The notes under the pieces: model-generated
Told to the model about the DNA's origin: nothing
Seen by the model: the letters and a program-made list of their open reading frames with translations, nothing else
Databases searched by the model: none
Virus record (IMG/VR): IMGVR_UViG_3300025849_000016
Span: 32,001-96,000 of that record
Origin: a virus
Reading direction: 5' to 3' (one strand)
DNA: 64,000 bases
Part shown: positions 27,411 through 39,800 of the stretch, piece by piece
Layout of the letters: each line of letters opens with the position of its first letter
Position numbering within the stretch: position 1 is the first letter of the stretch
Translations under genes and position numbers: made by a program

Positions 27411-30400
27411 TTATCCCATTATAAGTGCTGCTGTAAAACTTAGATCTTCAGCTTCTGAAGTTGAAATACCAGAACTTTCTCCTGGTGATACTGGTAGCCA
27501 TTTTCCTTGAATTGAATCCCAACGCAGATAATCTCCATTTGATACTCCGGTAGTATCTATGTCTCCAATTTGATCTAATATAATATCAATACTAGCACCA
27601 TCAACTGTGCCAGGCTCCCAAGCAAGTGTAAAATTGTTCCAAACTAACGCTTGGCCGCTTGTTGCACCTGCTTGATCTAATTTTGATGTATTTAGAACAC
27701 TATTTACACCATCAACTAGTAATGTCGAGTCATCACCAAATATACTACCTGTAACATCACCGTCAAACCCGCCGCCAGTTGCACTAATATAACCTGCATC
27801 ATTTGTAAAATGACTTACATTTGTAGGAGCACCGTTTAGATCTGCATAGTTACCTGTTAACCCAACTTGTGCAATACTCGGAGTACCTGATATATTACTA
27901 TATGTTATTTGCTTAAATGTAACATCACCGCTACCATCAGTGCCTAAAAACTCTCCGTTATTACCGTCTGCTGTAGGCAATGTGTATGCATTATTAATAC
28001 GTATTGCCCCATTATTTCCTTGAATTTTAAAACGCTCTTGTAATATATTAGTTACATTGTTATTTGCTGACCCTTGTGATCCTGTTTTAAATACAATACT
28101 ACCAGATGCTGCTGTACCAGTTGAAGATCCAGCAACTATTTCTATAGTACTACCTGATATATTTGTTCCTACACCGTTAGATGATGCTATAGTTTTTGTA
28201 GATCCGCCTATACTATCTGTTGCGGCTCTACCAAGTGTAATATCACTTTCTACAAAGAAATCATTGTTGTTTTCTAATCTAAAAAAGTCTGACCCTATTT
28301 CTAATTGAGGAACGTTTGCACTATTACTATATTTTAAAGCAACGCCTTGAGTATAAATTTCATTTTGTACAGTTATACTATTATTAACAACTAATGCACT
28401 TGATGTAGTATTACCTCTACCAGTTACTGTTCCAAGAGTATCTGCTTCAGATGTAAGGTAATTACTAGTATTATTAAAACTAATAACTCCTGTACCTTGA
28501 TCAAAACTAATATCTCCAGTGCCACTAATATCAGTAAGTGCTAAAAATGATAAATCATTATTTAGATCACTTAGATTAACAGGGAAACTTGAATAAGTTG
28601 ATCCATCATTTGTGTACTGCCATCTATCTAAACTTTCATTCCAACGCAACGAAACAGTACTATTACTTCCTCTTAATACTTCGATACCTGCATTTTCTGT
28701 AGGTGTGCCTGAATTAAAATCACTATTTAGTGTTATAATGTTGTCAGCAAGATTGATTGTAGTACTATTAATAGTAGTTGTAGTTCCAGCAACGGTTAAA
28801 TTTCCGTTTACTTGCATATCGTTTACAGCAATACTATTAGTAGTAGTAGATCCTCTACTTGTTACACTTTGTAATGTATCTGTTTCTGTAATACTAGCAC
28901 TTGTAATATATCCGCTAGTATTATTAAAACTAAACTCGCCTGTAGTACTATTATAACTAATATCTCCAGTACCACTAACTAATCCACGTATAGTTGCATC
29001 AGTACGTTCAGTAAATGATATGGTACCTGTAGCAGCATCGTAACTTAAATCACCGCTTGCACTTAATAATCCACGTACTTGTGAGTCTGTTCTTTGAGTA
29101 AATGACATAATACCAGTAGCATTGTCATAACTTAGATCGCCACTTGCACTGATTAATCCACGTATAGTTGCATCAGTACGTTCAGTAAATGACATAATAC
29201 CAGTAGCATTGTCATAACTTAGATCGCCATCTGCACTAATACCTGTTCGTGTAATAAATCCGGCAGTGTTTGTTAAATCACCTGTATCAACAGCAATAAC
29301 TTGATAATTAGTACCATCGTTAGTAAATTCCCACTCGTCGTTAGTTTCATTCCAACGAATATCAACAGCTGATGACACTCCTCTGTTTATAGATATGCCT
29401 GCATTTTCTGTTGGAGTACCCGTTACGTCACTATTTAATGTTATAATGTTATCTGCAACATCAAGTGTAGCAGTATTAATAGTTGTTGTAGTTCCGCTTA
29501 CTGTTAAATCACCGCTAACTATTAATCCACCTACAGTAAGATTATTAGTTGTAGTTGCACCTCTATCTGTTACGCTATCAAGGGTGTCAGTTTCAGTATA
29601 AGTAGTTATAAATCCGCTATTATTACTAAAGCTAATAACACCTGTCGAATTATCATATCCAATATCACCAGTTCCACTGATTAATCCACGTATAGTTGCA
29701 TCAGTACGTTCAGTAAATGACATAATACCAGTAGCATTGTCATAACTTAGATCGCCACTTGCACTGATTAATCCACGTACTTCTGTATTTGTTCTTTGAG
29801 TAAATGATATAACACCAGTAGCACTGTTATAACTTAGATCACCACTAACACTTAGTGCATTTCTTGCACGACTAGCTAAAAAGTATTGATTACTTCCTGA
29901 CTCTGATATATCACCGGTACTTAAAACAACAGCACCAGTTTGTGTGTTTACACTAGTAACAGGTGCTGATGCTTGTGTAAAGCTAATAACACCTGTAGTA
30001 CTATTATAAGTGATATCGCCTGTTGCACTTATAAGCCCACGTATAGTTGCATCTGTTCTTTCTGTATAACTAAATACACCTGTTGAATTATCATAACTTA
30101 GACTTCCAGAAGCACTAAACAATGCTCTAATATCTGAGTCTGAACTCGACGCTGGAGTATCAGTTAGGTCATTATAACTTCCTGAAGTTGCTACTGTAGC
30201 TAAAGTCGGAGTTCCGGATATAGCTGAATATGCAATTTGTCCAAAAGAGGTACTGCCCGACCCGTCTGTAACAAGTGCTTGGCCAGTTGTACCGTCACTT
30301 GTTGGTAATGCATAAGCAGCGTTAATAGTAATTTTTCCATCAGCGCCGCTTATTTTTAACCTTTCGGATAATGCATTAGTAGCAGTTCCTGATACACCGG

Positions 30401-33400
30401 TACTACCTGTTTTAAAAATAACATTGCCGCCAGCGGCAGTACCTGTAGAACTACCTGCTTCAATATTTAAATTGTTACCTGCAATATTTGTACCTAATGC
30501 ATTTGCTGTTGCTATTTTTTTTGTATCACCGCCTGAAGTATTTTGCTGTGAATTTGCTAACCAAAGATCACCGTCTGAGTATAATTGGTTAATGTAATTT
30601 AATTGCACATATCCGTTAACCATTGATAGGTTAGTTTTGTTAGCACCTGATTCAGTTTGTAGCGCAATACCATTAGTAAATATTTCATTAGTAATTGTTA
30701 GCGCACCTGTCATTGCTACAGTATTGTTAAACGCAACATGGTTATCTGTACTATTACCTCTATCAGTTACTGTTTGTAAAGTGTCAGTTTCTGATGTAAG
30801 AAATCCTGTACCATTATTAAAAGAAATAACACCAGTACTACTATCATAATTAATATTACCGGTTGCACTTATTCCAGATCTAGAAATAAATTCCGAGTCG
30901 TTATTAAATATGCTTATGTTAGCACCTGATAACGCAACACTAGTTCCGCCTACTGTTAACCCACCAAATTCTGCACTATTTGAAGTAGACGAACCACGAC
31001 CAGTTACAGTGTCTAATGTATCAACTTCGGTATAACTAGTTAAATACCCGCTACTGTTATTGAAACTAATTACACCGGTACTATTATTATATGTAATGTC
31101 ACCGGTAGCACTAATGCCGGAGCGTGTAATAAACCCAGTGCCGCTGTTATCAATCGAAATTTCACCAGTACCGCTATTATACGAAATACCAGTACCACCA
31201 CTTAAAGAACTTAAAGATATATAATTTGCATCGTTATTAAGTTCTGACACAGAAGATGCTAATACTTGATAGGTGCTACCGTCATTTGTAAATTCCCATT
31301 TACTATTTGTTTCATTCCATCGTAGTACAACATTTGTTGATGTTCCTCTTTCAACTTCGATACCTGCATTTTCTGAAGGAGTGCCAGTTACGTCACTGTT
31401 AAGTGTCATAATATTATCAGCAATGTTAAGTGTAGCAGTATTAATAGTTGTTGTAGTTCCGCTTACTGTTAGATTACCGGTAACAGTCATATCGCCAACT
31501 TGAATATTATTTGAAGTTGTTGCTCCGCGGCTAGTTACAGTATCTAACGTATCAACTTCTGTGTATTCGGTTATGTAACCGCTTGTGTTACTAAAGCTAA
31601 TAACACCAGTAGTATTATTATATGTAATGTCGCCACTTGCACTAATTAATCCGCGTACTTCTGCATCTGTGCGCTCAGTAAATGATATAACACCAGTACT
31701 ATTATTATATGTTAAGTCACCACTTGCACTTATCAATCCACGCACTTCAGCATCAGTACGTTCAGTAAAACTAAATGCACCTGTTGCATTGTTGTAAGAT
31801 AAATCGCCGGTTGCACTTAAATCTGATAATATAATAAAATTAGTGTCATTAGTAAAATCACTTAAATTGCTAGGAGTCGTATAACTGATTACACCCGTTG
31901 CACTATTATAAGCAAGATCGCCTCCTACACTTATAGAGCCTCTTGCTCTTGCCTGTGTAAAATATTGGTTAGTAGATCCTTCAGATAAATCATCTGTATC
32001 TTTTGCTGCAAAGTTTGTATCAAAGTTAGTTGATGTATAAGGATCTGCAGGTTCCCAATACTGATTTGCATTGTCCCAAACAAGTATTTGTCCATTAGTT
32101 GCAGTACTTGTATAATTTACATCTGCTAAATCGTCAAGTGTTGCTAACGCTATTCTTGCATCAGCATCAGCATCTTTATATGTAGTAACACTAATTACAC
32201 CTGTTGCGTTGTTGTATGTTGCATCTCCGGTTGCACTTATCAATCCACGCACTTCAGCATCAGTACGTTCAGTAAAACTAAACTCTCCGCTAGAATTGTT
32301 ATATGATAAATCGCCTCCTGCGCTTAGGTCAGCAAGTTTAATAAATCCTGCATTATTTGTTAAATCACCTAAATCATCAGGAGCAGTATAACTTATAATG
32401 CCAGTAGCATTGTCATAACTTAAATCACCACCTGCACTAATTAATCCGCGTACTTCAGAATCTGTTCTTTCAGTAAATGATATAACACCAGTTGAACTAT
32501 CATAACTTATATCGCCCAATGCACTTATTGCTGAACGTGCTCTAGCATTTGTAAAATATAAGTTTGCACCTTCAGATAAATTAGTAGTTGATTTATTTCC
32601 AAATGCTGTATCAAATCTTGCTTGTGTATAGTAAAGGTTGGTTGTTCCTTCAGCTAAATCGTCTGTAGTGACTCCACTTAAATCTAAGTTAGCACCTGCT
32701 TGTAAATTAATACGTGCATCTACCCTAGCATCTGTATAATATAAATTTGTTAAACCTTCACTAAGAGCATCAGTATCATGATTTGAAATATCGCTAACTG
32801 TACCTGTTACATTACCTGTTAGCGCACCTGCAAAGTTTGTACTTGCTGTAATTACAGTACCGTTAATTGTTGTACCTGTAATTGCCGCGGCAGAAGTAGC
32901 ACCAATAATAGTACCATCAATATTGCCGCCGTTTATGTCAACTGTAGTAAATGTACTAGTACCAGTAGATGTTACATCACCTGCTAAATCACCCGTTACG
33001 TTACCAGTTACGTTACCAGTTACATTACCTGTTAAATCACCTGTTACATCGCCAATTAGACTTGTATCAAGTGATTTGTTCATTACAAACTTATCACCTG
33101 TTGCAGCGTATGTTAATGTAGCATCAGCTCCGTCAATTGTTAACCCTGCGCCATTAGCTGCTGCTGCATCAGCTGCTCCGCTTGCAACTACAATATTAAG
33201 ATCTTCAACTGTTAAAGTTGCCGTGTTTAATGTAGTAGTTGTACCGTTAACAGTTAAATTACCTGATACAATTAAATTATCGTCAACTGTAACATCTGTT
33301 CCAGATCCTACTGCTGTAATAGTATCTGTAAGAATTTTATCAGTTAAGGTAATGGTATTAAATGTTACATCTTGATCAGTTGCAATGTTTTGTGCAATGC

Positions 33401-33815
33401 TAAATTCACCAGTAGCATTATTATATGTAATACCTGTGCCACCACTTAAATCTGTAAGAGTAATGTATCCAGTTGTATTGTTAAAACTTATTTGGCCATT
33501 TGTACTTTCGTAAGTAATATCACCTGTGCCGCTAAATAAATTTCGCACTTGTTGGTCAGTACGTTGTGTAAAGCTAATAACACCTGTACTATTATTATAC
33601 GTAATATCACCACCTGCTGATAAATCAGTAAGTGTTATATAATTTGCATCGTTAGTTAATTCACTTACATTATCAGCATCTGTTAATACAGTATCGCTTC
33701 CTATTGTAATTGTGTATCCGTTAGCGAATGCAGCGGTATTACTATCAATGTCAACATTGAAGTCGCCCGACCCTACCTGCAGGCCTTTTTTGACCTTAAA
33801 ATCACTAGTTGCCAT
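27411..33815 (-). CDS. Long repetitive tail-fibre shaft protein (~2134 aa; start moved from GTG 33824 to ATG 33815)
   Basis: About 24 S..GD.SY.N.TGVISF repeats, DTL.TVT.RG repeats and NL.V.GTTTT.N modules. The GTG at 33824 lies inside the conserved leader 15-mer, only 1 nt after GGAG, so MATSDFKVKKGL is the likelier start. Confidence 0.8.
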   Translation of the reverse strand: MATSDFKVKKGLQVGSGDFNVDIDSNTAAFANGYTITIGSDTVLTDADNVSELTNDANYITLTDLSAGGDITYNNSTGVISFTQRTDQQVRNLFSGTGDITYESTNGQISFNNTTGYITLTDLSGGTGITYNNATGEFSIAQNIATDQDVTFNTITLTDKILTDTITAVGSGTDVTVDDNLIVSGNLTVNGTTTTLNTATLTVEDLNIVVASGAADAAAANGAGLTIDGADATLTYAATGDKFVMNKSLDTSLIGDVTGDLTGNVTGNVTGNVTGDLAGDVTSTGTSTFTTVDINGGNIDGTIIGATSAAAITGTTINGTVITASTNFAGALTGNVTGTVSDISNHDTDALSEGLTNLYYTDARVDARINLQAGANLDLSGVTTDDLAEGTTNLYYTQARFDTAFGNKSTTNLSEGANLYFTNARARSAISALGDISYDSSTGVISFTERTDSEVRGLISAGGDLSYDNATGIISYTAPDDLGDLTNNAGFIKLADLSAGGDLSYNNSSGEFSFTERTDAEVRGLISATGDATYNNATGVISVTTYKDADADARIALATLDDLADVNYTSTATNGQILVWDNANQYWEPADPYTSTNFDTNFAAKDTDDLSEGSTNQYFTQARARGSISVGGDLAYNSATGVISYTTPSNLSDFTNDTNFIILSDLSATGDLSYNNATGAFSFTERTDAEVRGLISASGDLTYNNSTGVISFTERTDAEVRGLISASGDITYNNTTGVISFSNTSGYITEYTEVDTLDTVTSRGATTSNNIQVGDMTVTGNLTVSGTTTTINTATLNIADNIMTLNSDVTGTPSENAGIEVERGTSTNVVLRWNETNSKWEFTNDGSTYQVLASSVSELNNDANYISLSSLSGGTGISYNSGTGEISIDNSGTGFITRSGISATGDITYNNSTGVISFNNSSGYLTSYTEVDTLDTVTGRGSSTSNSAEFGGLTVGGTSVALSGANISIFNNDSEFISRSGISATGNINYDSSTGVISFNNGTGFLTSETDTLQTVTDRGNSTDNHVAFNNTVAMTGALTITNEIFTNGIALQTESGANKTNLSMVNGYVQLNYINQLYSDGDLWLANSQQNTSGGDTKKIATANALGTNIAGNNLNIEAGSSTGTAAGGNVIFKTGSTGVSGTATNALSERLKISGADGKITINAAYALPTSDGTTGQALVTDGSGSTSFGQIAYSAISGTPTLATVATSGSYNDLTDTPASSSDSDIRALFSASGSLSYDNSTGVFSYTERTDATIRGLISATGDITYNSTTGVISFTQASAPVTSVNTQTGAVVLSTGDISESGSNQYFLASRARNALSVSGDLSYNSATGVISFTQRTNTEVRGLISASGDLSYDNATGIMSFTERTDATIRGLISGTGDIGYDNSTGVISFSNNSGFITTYTETDTLDSVTDRGATTTNNLTVGGLIVSGDLTVSGTTTTINTATLDVADNIITLNSDVTGTPTENAGISINRGVSSAVDIRWNETNDEWEFTNDGTNYQVIAVDTGDLTNTAGFITRTGISADGDLSYDNATGIMSFTERTDATIRGLISASGDLSYDNATGIMSFTQRTDSQVRGLLSASGDLSYDAATGTISFTERTDATIRGLVSGTGDISYNSTTGEFSFNNTSGYITSASITETDTLQSVTSRGSTTTNSIAVNDMQVNGNLTVAGTTTTINSTTINLADNIITLNSDFNSGTPTENAGIEVLRGSNSTVSLRWNESLDRWQYTNDGSTYSSFPVNLSDLNNDLSFLALTDISGTGDISFDQGTGVISFNNTSNYLTSEADTLGTVTGRGNTTSSALVVNNSITVQNEIYTQGVALKYSNSANVPQLEIGSDFFRLENNNDFFVESDITLGRAATDSIGGSTKTIASSNGVGTNISGSTIEIVAGSSTGTAASGSIVFKTGSQGSANNNVTNILQERFKIQGNNGAIRINNAYTLPTADGNNGEFLGTDGSGDVTFKQITYSNISGTPSIAQVGLTGNYADLNGAPTNVSHFTNDAGYISATGGGFDGDVTGSIFGDDSTLLVDGVNSVLNTSKLDQAGATSGQALVWNNFTLAWEPGTVDGASIDIILDQIGDIDTTGVSNGDYLRWDSIQGKWLPVSPGESSGISTSEAEDLSFTAALIMG
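28920..33620. repeat. Coding repeat array, 87-nt (29-aa) unit, partly homogenised
   Basis: Unit ISASGDLSYDNATGIMSFTERTDATIRGL. Exact 83-nt duplicate at 29147-29229 and 29675-29757. Confidence 0.85.
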
Positions 33816-33817
33816 CT

Positions 33818-33832
33818 GGTTCACTCTCCCCT
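33818..33832 (-). promoter_or_regulatory. Conserved 15-nt leader element AGGGGAGAGTGAACC (copy 2)
   Basis: Identical to 8429..8443. Lies 2 nt before ATG 33815. Confidence 0.7.
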
Positions 33833-33847
33833 AATTGGCTTATATTG

Positions 33848-33855
33848 TATTTATC
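33848..33855 (-). promoter_or_regulatory. T4-like late promoter core GATAAATA(CAATA)
   Basis: Intergenic, 15 nt upstream of the leader element. Confidence 0.75.
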
Positions 33856-33857
33856 GG

Positions 33858-36800
33858 TTACAATGTAATCATAGTTTTAGCTACTTTGTAAACCAATGTA
33901 TTTGCTGTTGACGGTGTAGCCAACAACTCAATATTGCCCCCTGAAACTTGTGTGCTGAAGGTTGCAAGTGCTGAACTGCCAGTAAATAAAACTGCATATT
34001 CTGTTGATTTTACGCCTGCATTATTTGTGCTATCATGTAATATTAACATTTCTTGTGCTTGATATTCGCCATCTGATGCATTATTAATTTGTATTAAAAC
34101 TTTTGCAGTTCTAAAGTCTGCCACTGCCCATTCTGCAATTTTAACAGCATTTGTACCGCTTGCTGTTGTTGTTTCAGTGTCTAATGCAACATCTTGAACT
34201 TGCAACGGTGCTTTAGGTGTTGATGTTTGCACGCCAACAAAATCAGAACTCCCGTCAACAAATAATGCATGAGTTTGTTGATTTGTTTCAACTCTAAAAT
34301 CTACACTTGCTCCGGCATCATTAATAGTTACAGCACCTTCAATCGACGCACCTTGGTCTACTGTTAATGGATTTTGTATATCAATAGTGCCAGTACCTGC
34401 TGCACGTAATTCTAAATTACTATTAGAAACTGTTGTTCCTATATAGCTACTATTAATTTCAATATCGCCAACATCAAGTCTGCCAAATCCTGTTTCAGTT
34501 AATTCGGCTGCCATTACGCCATTTGCAAAAAACTTAATAGTATCATTATCTGCGCCAGGAGTTGTTTCTGTGCTAATATATGTATCTCCATCTACATCGC
34601 CGGTGTTTTGCAAACTAATCCAATTAGCTCCATCATATCCTTCATAATAATTGTTAGTTGTATTAAATCTAATTTGTCCTTGAACAGGAGTTGGTCGCTG
34701 TACAGTTGTACCTACTGGTACTTTTATTGCATCAGTGCCATTGATATCAACACTAACGCCCGGAGTTAAAGTATTAACTCCTATTCTGTGCTCAACACCA
34801 TCTACAAATAATGTGTCTGTATCAACTGTTAATTCGTCAAGTGTTAATGCATCAAGTGTAATACTATTTGACCATACTGGAACTGATCCGTTACTTTTTA
34901 ATACATACCCGTCAGGTCCAATTCCTAACTTAGTTAAAGAATCACTATTTAAACTTAAATTACTAGCAGCGTATAATATATCACCTGTTGAGTAACTATT
35001 TAAGTTTGTACCACCTTTTGTAATAGGCATTGAACGTGTATTGTTTTCCGGATTTAGATAGTACGAACCTGACTGTCCATTAAGTGTACTTGCATCTAAT
35101 TGGCCGCCGTCTGCTGTGCTAAGAACACTAACTTCACCGTCAGCTGTAATATCAAACTGAGATTTATTAAATGCTGCAACTCCAAAATTAGTATAGGTAA
35201 CATCTCCAGCAGTAGGATCAATAGGATCAACTTGTATTTCAAGTTCTCCAAAATATTTTAATTCGCCGCCTTCGGTAACACTATCACCTACAATTGATAT
35301 TGGATTATTTGTTGCAATAGTCATACTACGTACAGTTCTTTTATACGTTCCGTCGCCGTACAATGCAGTATTTTGGTTAGCTGTACCTGTACCTAATCGT
35401 GTAGTTGAAATAGTTCCACTAACAATATTAGTTGCATCAATATTTAAGCTATTTAAACTAGAATAATTATCTACATTTTGACTAGATGTGTTTATAGTAC
35501 CAATAATTTTTACATTTTGTTCACGGAAGTTTGTTGTACCAGAATTTTCTGCGGTAATGTCAACTACTGATTGTATTGTTCCGTTTACGCTTTCAATTGC
35601 ATCATTTCTTAGAGTATGAAGTGTAAATGAATTAGTTGTAATACTACCTATAAAATAAAAGTTACCGTCAGTTAATCCTGTAGGCGGTGTTGATGAAATT
35701 AGTCTAATTCCTGTACCAGTAGCATATCCGTGATTGGGAAGAAATATTCTATTACCGCTTGTGCTAACATTACGTACTCTAAATAAATGAGTTCCATTAC
35801 TACTTGTTCCAAAGTCTACTTGACTTGCAACAGATAAAGTATATGATGTATATACTTCAAACGTATCAGCATCTATTTTCTTTACAAAATATACTACACC
35901 ATTTTCTAATCCGCCAATTTCAGTATTGCCATTTGCGTTATATTCTATAGGATCTCCGTTTATAAGACCGTGTGCTGTTTTAATAATTTGATTACTAGTG
36001 TAATTAATTTCATTGTCTACAGCATTTGCGCTAAACGTTGTTGTTGTAAATCCTGCTTGGTTAATATTTTGTATAACTGCATTATTGTCTTCAATGTATT
36101 CGTTAGTTGTAACACTTGCAACAAATTTTACATTGTTTCCAGTAAGATTAACATATAATCTATTTTCAACTGTTTGCACATCGACAGTAAATGCACTACC
36201 GCCTGATCTTCCACCTAAGTTAGCATCACTTGCGCTAAGAGTATCGCCTGTTGTATACCCAGTGCCGCCTCTAGTTAGATCGACTACAGTAACAACACCT
36301 GTTCCGTCAACTGTAATGTCAGCTTTTGCTCCACTACCGGTGCCGCCTGTTAATGGTACATTTATATATGTACCTGCTGAGCCGTATCCACTACCGCTAG
36401 GCAACGTATTTGTATTTGTAAATGTAGCAACGCCTTCTCTATATTCTACAATTGTACCTTCTGCAAGTGTATTTGCTCCTGTTACATCTGTACCATTTAC
36501 AAAATTATGTATTGTACTATCATCAGGATCATCGATTATTAAGAATTGACTTTCACTGTCATTTGATAAGAAATAATTGTCCTGTGCATCAACACTACCA
36601 GTTGTAGCTGTTGGATAAACATTCAACGCACCTGTTGTACTTCCGCTAAGTGTATCTGCTACGTTTGTTGTAAACGTACCGCTAACATTTACAAGAGTAA
36701 TGCTTGTATCTGAGCTTACCGCAGCTTTAACTTCACCTGTTGCTCCGCTATTTGCTTGCGTTATTGTTTCACCTTTTACAACAGATGTAGCTGTATCAAC

Positions 36801-39800
36801 TGTTAAAACTTCTTGAGTATATGCTTCAATAACATTGTCGCCTGATAATACTTCGTCAGCAGGAATATTTTCAAATAAAGTTAATCTTTCTTCAAATTTA
36901 TCTAAAGTAAAACTACTGTTTGTTCTAATAGGCGGTATTAAGTCGCTGTTAATTTTACCAGAACTATTTAATTGTACAACAGCACCCGGCACACTTGAAG
37001 ACGTAACTTGTTTATCTAAGAAATCTCCTAGTCTGTTGTTCATAAAGGTTCGTTGAGCTAACTGGGTAGTTAATCTACCATGACTTGCTCCGCCTGGGTC
37101 ATTATCACCTAGTGTAACATCTGTAGATATAGCTTCAATAGTTACATCTGATAAACTTAATTGTAAACTATCTAACTGAGCAATAGAAACTTTGTTTGTA
37201 AATGTAACATTACCTGTTCTATTTTGAGCTGTAATGAATTTACCAACTTTAAAATCACCTAGTTCTGTTGTACCTGAAGTATATACTCTTCCAGGCAAAT
37301 CTTCGTATTGTTCATAATCAGGAATACTCTGGCCGCCATTGATTGGCATAGCGTTATAATCTGTACCGGACCCTGCATATTCCCAAGTATGTGCAGAACT
37401 ATTAACAATAGACGGGCGATGTAAAAAACACTGGAAGCCTGGTAACAACGCAATATTGTTAACTGATCCGCCTGATAATGTTGAACGAATAAGTATTTTA
37501 GCACTATGTAAATTTGTTTTATCAGCAACACTAGATATAGAAATATTAGTATTACCATTAGCATCAACATTAATAGTACTGCTTGCTGTAAATTTAACAT
37601 AGCTAGTAACACCTGAAACAACAACTTGGTTAATACTAACAACAAGAGTGTTAGTGCCGCTATCCCAACTATACACATACGCATTATTTGTGTTGCCACT
37701 AACTGTACCTGTAATTTCTTGACCTACTGTAAAGTTATATGAGCCTGCTCCTAATACTATAGTTTGATATATTGTATGAGCATTTTTAATTTCATTAATA
37801 AAAAATTCTTCGTCGCCTGATATAAATTTATGCGTGCCAGAAGATGTAGTGCCTAGTTCTGCTAAATTACTTAATTCTTCATCTTCATATAACTGAAATT
37901 CGTTAGTATTAATTAAACTTACATAATAATAGGTTTCGTCGTAAATGCCAAATATATCTGCATTACCATTAGAATCATATCTTACTCTATCTCCGTTAGA
38001 AAACCCATGTGTTGTAATAACAAATTTATTATTGGCTATATCTACTGTACTGCTATTTGCACTAAATGTTTTTGTTGTAGTGCTTGTTTTGTAATCATCA
38101 GTAACATCATCTCCGTTACTGTTTACAAATCTTGTAATGTAGTGTTCTGTTACTGCCCTGTCAAACCCTATTAAATCGAATGTTTGGAATACTCCGTCAA
38201 CGCCATTTGTTGCTATTATTCCTCTATCAAATTCAAATGCTTCGCTCCTAAAGCCACTTGCTCTTAGTGCGTAAGTACCAAAGTTTGTTGCAGAGTTTGT
38301 AATTGATAAGTAGCCGCCGCTTTGAGCATAAGAACCATTTTTACAAAAAATCTGGAAACAACTAACAATTTGTGAATATGCATTATTTGATACTCTATAA
38401 CCAGTTCCTCCAAAAGATAAGATAGTAAATGCGTTACCAACAATACTTGGATTTTGTACTGGCGCTGCGCCTGCAACAGGATTTTCAGCTTCTAATTGAT
38501 TAACAGGAGTATTTGGTTGGAATACTTTTGACCCATCTACATTACACCCGTTTCCTCCTAAAAAACTAATGATAGAACAGTTTTGTACATAAGGTGAAGC
38601 TGTAATTATTGTTTTTTGTATAGGTAACCCTGGATACGAATGTCTACTCACACCATGGTCGTCTGGATCATCAAATGCTACAGCAAAATTATATGTTCCT
38701 GTAGGTATTCCGTTTGCATCTAGTTTATCTCTAAATGTAAATCCGCTCATATACGCTGCATTACGAATACGGAAAATATCTTTTTGAACATTTTGAGGAC
38801 GTATAACTACAGAGCGCAACGCATCGCCCATTATAGAAACGTTGTCTGGTACGACAATAGGATTGTCTTCTAAATATTCTCCAGTGCCTATTTTAATAGA
38901 TACAAGATTAACAGTAAAAGTTCCATAAACTATTGCACTGGCCTGTCCTATACCTAGATCAAGAATAGTAATTGTTTCGTCCCATAAATCGTCGTGAGCA
39001 GTTTTCGAACTTGCGCCGTCGTCATATGTATTATTTGTTACTTGTGTAACAGTTGTTTGGAAAGGAGCATTAGCATTGCCGTCTTGATCATCAGTTAATG
39101 CAATATTTCTAATAATATCACCTGCGATATGTTTTGCATACTCTAACGCCGCAACAGTTTGTGGTTTTTGATTATCAATTACTTCTTGCGTAGATGTTGT
39201 TCCTAAATAATACTTTTTACCAGCTTCAATAGATTTACTATTACCACCAAATTTTAAATCGTATATTACTGCGTCAACAATATATCCTACATCTCTTTCA
39301 CAAGTTGTACTGTTATAAGTAAAGCCACTCCATATTCCGCCTGCATTTGCAACTTGATATGTAATGTATGCTATAACTTCTTTTTGTATAAACGTTTTGT
39401 TTAATGTTAAAAGTTGAATCGCATCATTTTTTGTGTCAGTAACTGTAACTTTTGGCACATAAACATTTTCACTAGCAATTTCACATGCTTTCTTAATGCT
39501 TGCTACGGGCTTTATAAATCCATCATTACTGTCACTACCTGCAACACTATCAACATAGATCATGTTTGAAGTGATGCCAGGATTCTCAAAACTTAGTGTT
39601 CCAGATCCGTCTGTAGTGATAACTTGCCCGGGCGCACCTGCTGTAGGTGGAAGTTTAAAATCATAGGTGCTAGTAATACTTTCAGGTACTTTAATTACAA
39701 CACCGTTAGTTCCGTTTGCACTAGCTTCTCTAATTGTAATAGAATCATTATCTTCAATGACAACAGGAACTTTAATATTCATTGCTGCGTTTGCAACTTC

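Noticed and set aside
28920-29830. CRISPR-like array
   Set aside because: Units are 87 nt, in frame within a CDS, and lack unique spacers.
33816-33824. GTG start giving MNQMATSD...
   Set aside because: The GTG is part of the conserved leader 15-mer and too close to the SD. In the other copy the same GTG is out of frame with the gene.
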